Of a stretch of 64,000 nucleotides of DNA, positions 30,216 to 40,800 are shown in pieces. This DNA is from Spirochaetia bacterium. GTDB taxonomy: Bacteria; Spirochaetota; Spirochaetia; SZUA-6; Bin103. How positions within the stretch are numbered: position 1 is the stretch's first letter; each line of letters starts with the position of its first letter. Both the position numbers and the translations under genes were made by a program. Location: contig CBDBOV010000005.1 in assembly GCA_965208575.1 (NCBI GenBank), forward strand, positions 256,001 through 320,000. The letters run 5' to 3'. The notes below the pieces were generated by a model, which made no database searches, was not told the DNA's origin, and saw only the letters and a list, made by a program, of their open reading frames with translations.

Positions 30216-31057
30216 TACTCCTTGATGCTGCCCGCCATCAAGCCGCTCAGGATGCGCTTTTCGAAGATCACCACGAATACCACGATCGGGGCGATGATCA
30301 GCATGCCCATCGCGCTGATCAGGTCCCACGGCTCCACGTAGTGCGTGGTGACGGAAATCGGTACCTTGGTGATCCCGATCGCCAGCGGGACGATCTTCCG
30401 GATCGTGAATATGAGCGGAATGAAGAACTCGTTCATGGCGATGATGAAGTTGATGATCGCCACCGTCGCGACCGCCGGCTTCAGCAATGGCGAGATGATC
30501 CTGACGATGATCGTCGCCATGCCGGCCCCGTCCACCTCCGCCGCCTCCTCTATGGTAACCGGAATCTGCTTGATGAAACCGGTCATGACGGCGACCGCAA
30601 ACGGCACCATGTGACTGGTATACAGCAGCACCAGGCCGAGATAGGTGTCCACCAGGCCGAGTCCCCTGATGAACACGTACATCGGGATGACGGAAATGAT
30701 GAACGGCACCATCGTCGAGAAAATGACGAAACCGAACGCCAGCATCACCAGCTTGTTGTCGAAGCGCGCGAACGCATACCCCGCCATGGTACAGACGACC
30801 ATCGTGACGGCCAATGAGAATGCCGTGATCACCGCGGTCGAGATCGACATCGACACGATATCCATGGCAGTGAACAGCCGCTGGTAGCTCTCCAGGGTCA
30901 GCGTCAGCGGGAAGTAGTCGACCGGTGAAGAGAACAGCTTGGCTTGCGGCTTCAGCGAGGAGATAAGGATCCAATACATCGGCCACAGCACGGCGAAGGC
31001 CACGACCAGGGTGACCGCTATCAGCATCGCCTTGTGCAGGGGCCTTCTCCTGGTCAT
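30215..31057 (-). CDS. Carbohydrate ABC transporter permease (MalG-like)
   Basis: EEAAEVDGA loop, GLMAGSIKE end. Confidence 0.93.
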   Translation of the reverse strand: MTRRRPLHKAMLIAVTLVVAFAVLWPMYWILISSLKPQAKLFSSPVDYFPLTLTLESYQRLFTAMDIVSMSISTAVITAFSLAVTMVVCTMAGYAFARFDNKLVMLAFGFVIFSTMVPFIISVIPMYVFIRGLGLVDTYLGLVLLYTSHMVPFAVAVMTGFIKQIPVTIEEAAEVDGAGMATIIVRIISPLLKPAVATVAIINFIIAMNEFFIPLIFTIRKIVPLAIGITKVPISVTTHYVEPWDLISAMGMLIIAPIVVFVVIFEKRILSGLMAGSIKE

Positions 31058-31929
31058 CAGTAGTCCACCCGCCGGTAGTATACGATGCCGACCACGCCGG
31101 CTACCCCCATGATGACGAACAGCGCGACCGCGATCGACGAGGCGTAGCCGATGCTCAAGTTCTTGAACGCTTCCTCATACATGCGAAACGCCAACAGCGA
31201 GGTGGACGACCCCGGACCTCCGCGCGTCATCGCATACACGATGTCGAAGCTCGACAGCCGCCATATGATGAAGAACAGCGACACGATGATCAGCGTTCGC
31301 TTTATGTGCGGCAGGGTGATGCGAACCAGCAGCGTGGCGGGACCGGCGCCGTCGATCTTGGCGGATTCGTACAGCTCGGTTGGCACGTTCTGCAGGCCCG
31401 CCAGGGTGAGAATGGCAAAAAAGGAAACGTTCTTCCAGAAGTCGACCGCAATGATTGCGGCCTGCGCGCCGACCGGCGACACCAGCCAGTCGTAGCGAAA
31501 GTCGGCGGCGAAACGGCGCACCAGGTCGTTCACGATTCCATACACGTCATTGAACGCCCAGCGAGCCGCGATGCCGGCCACGATCATCGGCAGTGCCCAG
31601 GGAATGAGTGCGGTGGTGCGCAGAAACCTGCGCCCTCCGAACTGCACGTTGAGCAGATGGGCGAGCGCGATGCCGCCGAGCAGCATCAGGCCGATGGAGA
31701 CGCCGGTAAAGACGAAGGTAAAGGAAAACGCGTTGCCGATCTTCGGGTCGGTAACGAGGTAGGCAATGTTGCGGAAGCCGATGAACTCGTTGATGCGCAG
31801 CAGAAAGCTGTAATCTCGCAGGCTGTACCAGAAGATCGAGAGGGTGGGATACGCGGTGGTGGCAAGCCGGATCACCAGCACCGGCAGAATGAGCAGCCAG
31901 GCGATGAGCAACTTTCTCCGCTTAAGCAC
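31057..31929 (-). CDS. Carbohydrate ABC transporter permease (MalF-like)
   Basis: LYESAKIDGA, MTRGGP. Confidence 0.93.
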   Translation of the reverse strand: MLKRRKLLIAWLLILPVLVIRLATTAYPTLSIFWYSLRDYSFLLRINEFIGFRNIAYLVTDPKIGNAFSFTFVFTGVSIGLMLLGGIALAHLLNVQFGGRRFLRTTALIPWALPMIVAGIAARWAFNDVYGIVNDLVRRFAADFRYDWLVSPVGAQAAIIAVDFWKNVSFFAILTLAGLQNVPTELYESAKIDGAGPATLLVRITLPHIKRTLIIVSLFFIIWRLSSFDIVYAMTRGGPGSSTSLLAFRMYEEAFKNLSIGYASSIAVALFVIMGVAGVVGIVYYRRVDY

Positions 31930-32043
31930 CCTTGCCCCCTTGTGCGCGGCCCCCTTGCATGCGGGTGCGCCCTCCCGCGCGATGCGGAAGGACGCACGCT
32001 TCCAGGACGCCGCCTGCGAAATGTCGGCGGCCGGCGGTCGGCG

Positions 32044-33303
32044 CTAGCGCCGCAACAGTCTGTCGAGCTCCCTGTTGGCTCTCTTCACCGCCTCGTCCCG
32101 GTCGATGTTCTGATTCAAATACTCGTACAGCGAATTCTCGGTGCTGTCCAATATGTCGCTCATGCGGCCGGCCATCGGCCGGGGCCACAGCTTGTCGCGA
32201 GCGTTCATGTCCTTGAGGATCGGCACCGCCGGCCATTTGGCCGGATCGTTGAACACCGGATCCTCCAGCGAATCGCTCCTGAGCGGCACGGCGCTGCCGC
32301 GCATCTTCGCCGCGGCGCTGGCAGCCTCCTCCGAAAGCAGGTATCCCAACACCTTCTTGGCCGCGTCCTTGCGCTCCGAAGCGGTAGTGAGGACGTACAG
32401 CCAGGCGCCCATGAGGGTGATGTCGCTGTCCGGATCGTCGGACCACTTCGGCGTCTCCGTGACGATCAGCTCGGAGCCGTACTTGCCCTGGCTTACCGCC
32501 ACGCTGACGATCCAGTCCCAGGTTATCGTGCTGGCGAGCTTGCCATCGAGCAGTTTCTGGGCCAGCGCTCCGTAGTCATCGGCCAGAATCGCCCGCGGCG
32601 CGACCTCGTAGGTATTGATCATGTCGTGCATCAGCTTGATCGCTTCCTGGGTGCCCGGGTTTTCCCAGTCGAAGTAGTCACCGCCGTGCACGTAGATGAT
32701 GTACTGCAGGAAGTTGGTGATGTAGCCCTTGGTCCAACCGTCGCCAAATCCGAACACGTCATCCTTGGTGAGCGCCTGGATCACTTCCAGGTAGTCGTCG
32801 CCGGTGGTGGGGAGGGCCAGGCCGGCTTCATCGAGCTGCCGCTTGTTCAGGTACATCGGAAACCAACTGAACCCATGCGGCACCCCGACGATGTTACCCT
32901 CGTAGGTCGCCATCTCGTCCATGTAGGTCTTCGGATATGCGGCCAGATCGTCGGCGCTGAACAAGTCGTTGAGCGGCTCGAAGAACCCGCCCAGGATATT
33001 GCCGTAGGTGATATACTCGTCGATATCGAACAGGTCGATGCTGGTGTCGCCGGAGGACAACAGGGTGGCGACCTTGGTCTGATAGTCGGTGAACGACGGC
33101 GCCTGGATCATGTCGACGTCGACGCCGGTGGCCGCGGCGATGAGCCCCTCCAGCTCGCTCCAGTCCTCCTGGCCGGCCGGCAGACCCCACTTGTACATGG
33201 TCACGGTCACATCCTCTGCCTGGGCAGCCTCTCCCTCGGCGCCGGCGGCGGCGAACCCGGCCGCGGCAACCAGCACGGCGAGTGACAACAACAGCTTCTT
33301 CAT
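32044..33303 (-). CDS. Carbohydrate ABC transporter substrate-binding protein
   Basis: MKKLLLSLAVLVAAAGFAAAGAEGE signal; family-1 SBP pattern. Confidence 0.9.
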   Translation of the reverse strand: MKKLLLSLAVLVAAAGFAAAGAEGEAAQAEDVTVTMYKWGLPAGQEDWSELEGLIAAATGVDVDMIQAPSFTDYQTKVATLLSSGDTSIDLFDIDEYITYGNILGGFFEPLNDLFSADDLAAYPKTYMDEMATYEGNIVGVPHGFSWFPMYLNKRQLDEAGLALPTTGDDYLEVIQALTKDDVFGFGDGWTKGYITNFLQYIIYVHGGDYFDWENPGTQEAIKLMHDMINTYEVAPRAILADDYGALAQKLLDGKLASTITWDWIVSVAVSQGKYGSELIVTETPKWSDDPDSDITLMGAWLYVLTTASERKDAAKKVLGYLLSEEAASAAAKMRGSAVPLRSDSLEDPVFNDPAKWPAVPILKDMNARDKLWPRPMAGRMSDILDSTENSLYEYLNQNIDRDEAVKRANRELDRLLRR

Positions 33304-33450
33304 GGAACGCTCCTTGTAGCGGTTTGCCGGCTCCGGGTACGGGCCGGCGTTCGACAGCACACACCGAGACCCAAGCCGCTCTCAAGGAACCCGCAGCGAG
33401 CTCGGCTACGTCGTATCAAATGATGGTGCAGAAACAATATACGCCACTCG

Positions 33451-34767
33451 CTACCGGGTCCCGGCGCGCAGGCGGTCGATGGCCGCATGCAGCGTTTCGA
33501 GCGAGCGGCAGAAGGCGAAGCGCAGGTAGCGGTCGCCGTCGCGACCGGTGGCGTAGAAGTTGTCGCCCGGCACCGTGGCCACCCCCACCTGTTCGATGAG
33601 GAACATGGCGGCCTCGGTGGGCGACATCCCGGCCAGCGCCGGCACGCCGCGGTAGTCCGCGAACAGGTAGTAGGCGCCCTCCGGCGGGGTCACCACGAAC
33701 CCCACGTCGCGCAGGCCGCCGACCAGCAGGTCGCGCTTCTCGCGGTAGCCCGCCGCGATGCCGGCGAAGAACGACCGCGGCTGGCGCAGCAGCGACACCG
33801 CGCCCTTCTGCAACGGCGTCGGCGCCTGCACCACCAGGTTGTCGTGCACCGCGCGCAGCGCCGGCGTGCGCTCCGGCGGCGTGATCACCCAGCCGACGCG
33901 CCACCCGGTCGCGCGCCCGGTCTTGGAGATCGAGTTCACCACCAGCGTACGCTCCGCCATCCCTTCGCACAGCGCCAGGCAGCGGTGCCGATGGCCGTCG
34001 AACGTGATGTGCTCGTAGATCTCGTCGGTGATCGCGAACCGGTCGTGGGTCCGGCACAGCTCGGCGATGAACTCCAGGTCGTCCGCGGCCAGCACCTTGC
34101 CGGTCGGGTTCTGCGGCGTGTTCACGACCACCGCCTTGACCGCCGGCTCGGCCAGGGCGGCGCGCAGCTCGTCGCGGTCCAGCCGCCAGGTTGCGGCGCG
34201 GCGATCCTCGCGCAGGGTCACGAAGCGCGGCACCAGCCCGAAGATCGCCGCCTGCGACGGGTACAGCTCGTGGTACGGCTGCATCACCACCACGCCGTCG
34301 CCGGGGGCGAGCAGCGAGCGGAACGCGGCCGCCATGCCCTCGCTCGCCCCGAGCACCACCGTGATCTGCTCCTCCGGGTCGGGCCGCCAGCCGTAGCAGG
34401 CCTGCGTGTAGTCGGCGATCGCGTGGCGCAGCTCGGGGATCCCGAACGGATAGGAGTACTGGTTGAGCGCATCGCGGCAGCCGCGCCACCGCCCGAACAG
34501 CTCCTTCACCGGGCGGTCGAGCGCATCGGCGTCCAGGCCCGCGTTCCCTGTCGCATCCTTGGTAGCGTTCGCGTCAAGAAGCTCGCGCACGGACAGCGAC
34601 TCGAGCCGGCGCGCGCCCTCCTCGGTGCCGCCGAGCAGCGCCGCCACGCCGCTCCACACCATGTCCCAGGCCGGCGTCTCGTCGGTGAACCCCTGCGACA
34701 GGTTCACCGCGCCGTGCGCCGCCGCCAGCCGCGTCATGCGGCGGATCACCGTCTCCCTGACCTGCAT
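33451..34767 (-). CDS. Class I/II PLP-dependent aminotransferase
   Basis: NLSQGF, NTPQNPTG, DEIY, SISKT..TGWRVG. Confidence 0.92.
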   Translation of the reverse strand: MQVRETVIRRMTRLAAAHGAVNLSQGFTDETPAWDMVWSGVAALLGGTEEGARRLESLSVRELLDANATKDATGNAGLDADALDRPVKELFGRWRGCRDALNQYSYPFGIPELRHAIADYTQACYGWRPDPEEQITVVLGASEGMAAAFRSLLAPGDGVVVMQPYHELYPSQAAIFGLVPRFVTLREDRRAATWRLDRDELRAALAEPAVKAVVVNTPQNPTGKVLAADDLEFIAELCRTHDRFAITDEIYEHITFDGHRHRCLALCEGMAERTLVVNSISKTGRATGWRVGWVITPPERTPALRAVHDNLVVQAPTPLQKGAVSLLRQPRSFFAGIAAGYREKRDLLVGGLRDVGFVVTPPEGAYYLFADYRGVPALAGMSPTEAAMFLIEQVGVATVPGDNFYATGRDGDRYLRFAFCRSLETLHAAIDRLRAGTR

Positions 34768-34879
34768 CCCCTGCTCCACCCCGTCAATCTACCACGCCAC
34801 AATCGCTGACTCCGACCCGCGGACCGCCAAGTTGCACAAGCGCCAGACGCTGGGCTACGGTCGGAACCGGGACCTTGGG

Positions 34880-35662
34880 ATGAGTGCCGTTCCGAGCGCG
34901 GATGAGCGCTACTCGTTCGAGACCGACGGGTACCTGGTGGTCGAGTCGTTTCTCGATGCCGGGCACGTGGCCCGGTTGCGCGAGGCGTTGCAGAGGGCGA
35001 TCGCGCGGCGCCGGGAGCTGGAGCGGCGCGGCACGCCGCACTTCGCGCGGCCGGGCGAGGACCGTGCCGGCAGCACCCGGATCTTCTACCTGCTGGCGGA
35101 TGATCCGCTGTTCCTGGAATTGGCCGACTTCCCGCCGGTGATGCCCTACATCCGTGCTCTGCTCAACCAGGGCCAGCCCCACTTCCACGCCTCCGACGCG
35201 TTCTGGGAGCAGGGCGCGCACGCCGGCCCCGCACGCTGGCACATCGACGGCCCCGACCACGCCTTCCGCAACCTGCGGCCGCGAATACCGATGCTCGAAC
35301 TGAAGATCGGCTACTTCCTGTCCGACATGAGGCAGCCGGACCAGGGCAACCTGATGGTGGTGCCCGGCTCCCACAAGACCGACCTCGAGCCCACGGCGGA
35401 AGCGCTCTCCGGCTTCGACACCTTCCCCGGCGCGACGCAGGTGTGCTGTCCGGCGGGCTCCTGCGTCATCTTCCACAACGCGCTGTGGCATACGCGCGGC
35501 CCCGCGACCCGCGCCGACGGGCGCCGCATCATGCTGTACTACGCCTACGAGCACCCCTGGATGATCGGCAGCCCCGAGCACACCGCTTATCCGCGCACGT
35601 TCTACGCAGGGCTGTCCTCCTCCCGCCGCAAGCTGTTCCACGACTTCCTGTTCCGATCCTGA
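34880..35662 (+). CDS. PhyH-family dioxygenase
   Basis: FETDGYLVVE, WHID, VVPGSH, LWH. Confidence 0.88.
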   Translation: MSAVPSADERYSFETDGYLVVESFLDAGHVARLREALQRAIARRRELERRGTPHFARPGEDRAGSTRIFYLLADDPLFLELADFPPVMPYIRALLNQGQPHFHASDAFWEQGAHAGPARWHIDGPDHAFRNLRPRIPMLELKIGYFLSDMRQPDQGNLMVVPGSHKTDLEPTAEALSGFDTFPGATQVCCPAGSCVIFHNALWHTRGPATRADGRRIMLYYAYEHPWMIGSPEHTAYPRTFYAGLSSSRRKLFHDFLFRS

Positions 35663-35759
35663 TGGGGTCTCCGTGTCCGCCGACGGCGTTCGATTCAAAG
35701 GCTGTTGCGGCGATGCGGCAACGGCGGTACCCTCGTAAAGTGCAACTGGAGATTCTTAT

Positions 35760-35978
35760 ATGACGCTGACAGCAGTTTTTTTCAAGGTTCCGGAAGGATA
35801 CGTCGGATTCGTTGAGGAACTGCCTGGAGCGAATACGCAAGGGACGACGTTGCAAGAAGCGCGAGACAACATTCGAGAAGCCATCGAGATGACATTCGAG
35901 GCAAATAGAATTCTCGCTCAGGAGTCCCTCGAAGAAGCGGAGGAAGTGATTCGAGAGCCTGTATACATGCAGGCATGA
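35760..35978 (+). CDS. hicB: HicB antitoxin (short form without DNA-binding domain)
   Basis: ELPGANTQGTTLQEARDNIREAI. Confidence 0.9.
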   Translation: MTLTAVFFKVPEGYVGFVEELPGANTQGTTLQEARDNIREAIEMTFEANRILAQESLEEAEEVIREPVYMQA

Positions 35979-36160
35979 AGAGGCGTGACCTCATTCGCCA
36001 TCTCGAAGATAACGGTTGTCAATTCTTGAGAGAAGGAAGCAACCACACCATGTACGTCAACCGAGCGGCGCGGCGAGTTTCGGCAGTGCCGAGACATCGG
36101 GACCTGAACAGGTTCATCGCGCTCAAGATCTGTAGGGACCTGGAGATCCCGACGCCATGA
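35975..36160 (+). CDS. hicA: HicA toxin
   Basis: MKRRDLIRHL..GC..REGSNH..VPRH..ICRDL. Confidence 0.92.
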   Translation: MKRRDLIRHLEDNGCQFLREGSNHTMYVNRAARRVSAVPRHRDLNRFIALKICRDLEIPTP

Positions 36161-37116
36161 GTTCCGACGCAAGAGCACCTGCCATGACCAATGATCGCGG
36201 CGATCTGCCGATACGTACCGATGGCGGGAGGCGGGTGCTGGCGTTCGACTTTCCTTCGTTCAGGGTCGGCATCGCCGAGTATCCGGACGGGCCGACGGGG
36301 ACGACGGTGCTGCACTTTCCGGATGGCGCCACGGCGGCGCTGGATGTCCGCGGCGGCTCGCCGGGCGTGATCGGCGACTACGGCTTCGTGCACGCCATTA
36401 CGCTCGCCGGCGGATCGCTGCTCGGCCTGGAAGCGGCCAGCGGGGTGGCCGCCGGGCTGCTGGCGCGCGGCGGCTACCGCGCCCGCTTCAGCGACATCCC
36501 GCTGGTGAGCGGCGGCATCGTGTTCGACTTCGGGCGGCGCGACAACAGCATCTACCCGGACAAGCGCCTGGGGCGTGCCGCTCTCGATGCCGCCGTACCC
36601 GGCAGGTTCCCGCTCGGCGCACGCGGCGCGGGCAGCTCCGTATCGGTGGGCAACGGAATCAGCTTCGACCGCGGCGAGCGGTCCGGCCAGGGCGCCGCCT
36701 TCCGAGAGGTCGGCGGCGTCAAGGTGTTCGCGTGCGTGGTGCTGAACGCCGTCGGCGCCGTGTTCGACCGCGGCGGCACGGCGGTGCGCGGCCACCTCGA
36801 CCCGCGCACCGGAACACGGGCGAGCCTGGTCGAGGAAATGGACCGCTACGCCGAGGCGAATCCGCGGCCGGGCAACACCACGCTCACCGTCGTGGTCACC
36901 AACCAGACGGTGGTCGGCCACGACCTGACCCAGCTCGCCCGCCAGGTGCACAGCTCGATGGCACGGGCGATCCAGCCGTTCCACACCCGCGACGACGGCG
37001 ACGCCCTGTGGGTGGCATCGACCCGCGAGGTGAATCCCTCGCCGTGGTCGGTGAGCGCGCTCGGCGTCCTGGCCTCGGAAGTGGTCTGGGACGCCGTGCT
37101 GTCCGCCCATCCGTAA
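36157..37116 (+). CDS. P1/S58 (DmpA-like) peptidase
   Basis: TGTTV, DVRGGSPG, GNTT autoproteolysis site, PFHTRDDGD. Confidence 0.88.
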   Translation: MSSDARAPAMTNDRGDLPIRTDGGRRVLAFDFPSFRVGIAEYPDGPTGTTVLHFPDGATAALDVRGGSPGVIGDYGFVHAITLAGGSLLGLEAASGVAAGLLARGGYRARFSDIPLVSGGIVFDFGRRDNSIYPDKRLGRAALDAAVPGRFPLGARGAGSSVSVGNGISFDRGERSGQGAAFREVGGVKVFACVVLNAVGAVFDRGGTAVRGHLDPRTGTRASLVEEMDRYAEANPRPGNTTLTVVVTNQTVVGHDLTQLARQVHSSMARAIQPFHTRDDGDALWVASTREVNPSPWSVSALGVLASEVVWDAVLSAHP

Positions 37117-37120
37117 GCCC

Positions 37121-37804
37121 TTGCCCGCGCCGGAGCGGCTGGTTGCCGCCTTCGCCGCCGAGCAACTGCGGGCGCGGCGCTGTGTGCTGGTCGCCCTTGA
37201 CGGCGGGGCCGGCTCCGGCAAGTCGACGTTCGCGCTCCGAGTGCGGCACGCCCTGGGCACGGAAATCGGCTGCGCGGTGGTGCACCTGGACCACTTCTTC
37301 CGCACTCGGCGGGAGCGCGGCAGCAGGCTGGCGCGGGTGGAGGACACCGACTGGCAGCGGCTGCGGGACGAGGTGATCCGCCCGCTGCGAGCGGGCCGGA
37401 CCGCGCGGTTCCTGTTGTACGACTGGGCCCTCGACCGACTGGACGGGTGGCAGACCGTGCAGCCCGCCGGCGTGGTGATCGTGGACGGGGTGAGCGCGCT
37501 GCGGCGCGAGTTGGCGGGCTGCTTCGACCTGGCGGTCTGGCTCTCCTGTCCGCGCGAGAAGCGGGTCGCGCGCCTCGCCGGGCGCGGTGACACGCCGCCG
37601 GAGGAGATCGAGTACTGGCTACCCTCCGAGGATGCCTACGTCGCCGCGCATGCTCCCCGGCAGCGCGCCCACCTGGTGGTCGACGCCAGCGCCGACACGG
37701 CGGCGGCGGGCGCCGCGCTGGTAAGCGAGCGCTGGTCACCGCCGGCCATCAGTACCGGGCGTCCAGCTTCAGCCGGATGCCGTGCTGCGGCCCGGAGTCG
37801 TTGA
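37121..37804 (+). CDS. Uridine kinase-like P-loop protein
   Basis: ALDGGAGSGKST, HLDHF, YDW; 3' end overlaps the convergent adhesin gene. Confidence 0.8.
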   Translation: MPAPERLVAAFAAEQLRARRCVLVALDGGAGSGKSTFALRVRHALGTEIGCAVVHLDHFFRTRRERGSRLARVEDTDWQRLRDEVIRPLRAGRTARFLLYDWALDRLDGWQTVQPAGVVIVDGVSALRRELAGCFDLAVWLSCPREKRVARLAGRGDTPPEEIEYWLPSEDAYVAAHAPRQRAHLVVDASADTAAAGAALVSERWSPPAISTGRPASAGCRAAARSR

Positions 37805-40800
37805 CCGGCTCGGTCCGGATCGCCTCGACGCCGAGGTCGAACGACGACGTCCCGCTCCGGGCGAGCCCGAGCTTCCAGCCGAGGCGGAACTCGCGCGCGG
37901 TGTCGGACAGCGCGACGCCGAACTCCGGCGTTGCGGTGAGGCGCTCGCCGAAGGCAGGGAAGCCGTAGCCGAACTTCAGTTCCAGCCGACGGCTGTCCAG
38001 GCCGTCGCCGGTGGCGGCCAGGCCGGCCAGGGTCGGCCGCCCGAGCAGCGCCCGGCTGCCGCCGGTGGCCGCGGCGCCCACGGTCTGGGTGACGCTCAGC
38101 GACGCTCCCCGGTCGGAGGCCGGGTCCGAGTCCCAGGCAAGCGACCCGGACAGGCCGAGGTCGCGGAAGCCGTCGAACTCGGCGGTCAGCAACCCGCGCG
38201 CCGCCACCTGCGCCGACAGCCCGAGCGCCGGGGCGGACCAGGCCAGCCCGCCGCCCACGTCCATCCCGTAGCCGGTCTCCGCGTCACCGCCGTCGTGCCG
38301 CACCCCGACCGCGACCGTGGGCTCCAGCGTGCCGCCGCCCGCCAGCGCGAGGCGGTAGCCGCCGTCGAGCCCCAGCCTGATCCGCGTGGCGTCCGCCTGC
38401 GCTTCCGCCAGCCCGGATGCCTCCGCGGAACCGGTGCGCACCCAGTAGGCGTCGGTCTCGATGGCCAGCGAGAAGCCGCTCCCGGCGGTCGGCTCCACCA
38501 GCCGCCCGCGCGCGCCCAGCGCCGCCAGCACCAGCGACAGGTCGGTCTCCAGCGCCGCCGCCCCCTCGGGCGTGAGCGTGAGCCCGCCCAGCCCCAGGCC
38601 GCCGGCCGCCCACGCGGTCAGCCGTTCGCTCAGGTCCACCCCCACGTAGGGGTGCACCGCGGTCAGCGTGCTCGCCACCGTCCCGGCGCCGGCGGCGGCC
38701 CGGTAGCTGCCGTCCCCGCGTGCGTGCGAGAGCATCACCCCGCCGAGCCACGCCCCGGAGTCCACCTCCGCACCGAGCAGCGCCGTGGTCACCTCGCCCT
38801 CCACGCTCAGGCTCCCCTCGCGCCCCTCGAACCGCGACCACCCGCCGCGGCCCCACAGCGCCGCCGACGGTCCGTCCTGCGCCGCCGCGGAGGTCACCGC
38901 GAACGCGCTGCCGGCCAGCAGCTCGCCGCCGCTCATCGTGCGCGGCTGCTCCGGCCTGCCTGCCAGCCAGCGCGCCAGCTCCTGGTCGGCAAGCCGCGCC
39001 GATTCGTCCGCGTCGAGGCCGCCGGCGGCGAGCTCCTGCCCGGCGATCCGCGCCTGTGCACCGCCGCCGCCCCGCGCCGCCAGCCGCGCCCCGACCGCAT
39101 CCACCACCTGCTCGGCCAGCGTGCGCCCGAAGCGCGCCAGCCACGCCCGCGGCATCGGGTCCGTGTTCTCGATCGTGCCGGTCGCCTCCAGGTCGCCCGC
39201 GCGCGCGCCCACGAGGTTCGACAGCCGCAAGCTGAACGTCTCGTGCCCCTCGTCGTGGCTGTCGTCGAGCACGGGCACGCTCACCGTCTTCGTCGTCTCG
39301 CCCGCGGCGAAGGTCAGCGTGCCGCTCGCCGCCGTGTAGTCCTCGCCCGCCGTCGCCGTGCCGTCGGATGTGGCGTAGTCCACCGTCACGGAGTGCTCCG
39401 CGCCCGTGAAGGCGCGGCTCAGCGACACCTCGAACTCCACCGCCTCGTCCGCACCCTCGCGCGCCCGTGCGTCCGCCACCGAGAGCGCCGGGCGCCAGTC
39501 CACCTTGTGGCCGGAAGCATGGCCCAGGCCGGTGTGGCCGAGCGCCGCGTCCGTCCCGCCCGCCGTGCGGATCGTCCCGCCGCTCAGGGTCAGCGTGTCC
39601 GCGAGCACCGCGATCCCCTGCCTCGACAGGTTCGGCTCCACCACCGTGTGCGCGAAAATGAGGCTGCTCGTGCCGCTGCCGCTCGCGTAGGCCGCCTGCT
39701 TCTCGCCCCACTCCGCCGGGTCCATGTCGATGGACAGCGTCGGCGTCCCGGTCACCGTCACCGCCTCGCTGAACGTCGCCCGGATCCGGATCGTCTCGCC
39801 CAGCAGATAGGTGTCGCCCGAGGCCGGGCTCGACACCACCGACACGCCGCTCACCGACGGCGGCCCCGACGAAGAAGCCGGCGGCGACATCCGCCAGTCC
39901 ACCTTGTGTGCCGGATCGTGGGCGAGCGCCACATGCCCGAGCAGCGCGTCCGCGCCCGTCCGCGTCGAGACGATCGCGCCGCCGTTCGCGTCCAGCGTGT
40001 CCGCCAGCACCGCGATCCCCTGCGTCGAGATGTTCGGCTCCACCACCTCGTGCACGAAAATGAGCGTCGGCGAGCCCGAGCCGCGCTCGTAGACCGCGCG
40101 CTTGGTGCCCCACTCCGCCGGGTCCATGTCGATCGCGATCTCCGGCGCGCCCGTCACCGTCACCGCCCCGGTGAAGCTTACCCGCACCCGGATCCGCTCG
40201 CCGAGCCCGTAGGTCGCGTCGCTCCCTGCGTCCGACATCACCGCCACCGCGGCCACCGAGGGCGGCGGGGTCGCCGCCGCGCCTTCGACCTCCGGATGCG
40301 CGAGCACCGCGGCGAGACCGCCGCCCGCGCTTGAGACAGACCCGCCGTCGAGCCGCAGGCTGTCCCCGGCCAGCCCAGGCGCGCCCTGCCAGACCTCGCC
40401 CTCGGCCAGCGTGTAGGCGAAGGTCAGCCGATCGCCGCCCGAGCCCCGCACATAGGCCGCGCGCCGCTCGACGTCCCCGAACGTCACCGCAACCGTCGGC
40501 ACGCCCTCGACCGCGACCGGCTCGGCGAACACGAGCGTCGCCTCCACCGACTCGCCCGCCTCGAAGCGCCCGTCGGCCTGTGTGGCGACCGACACCGCCG
40601 TCACCCCCGGCGCCGCGCCGAAGCCGAGCGACGCCGGCGCGCCGGCCGCCGCGGCCACGATGGTCCCGCCGTTGAGCTTCAGCCCCGACGCCGCCACCCG
40701 CACCGGCGCCTGCACGCGCCCGTCCGCCTCGGTCACCCGGTACGCGAACACCAGCCGCGCCGTGCCCGTGCCCGAGACGTACGCCGCCCGCCGGATCCCG

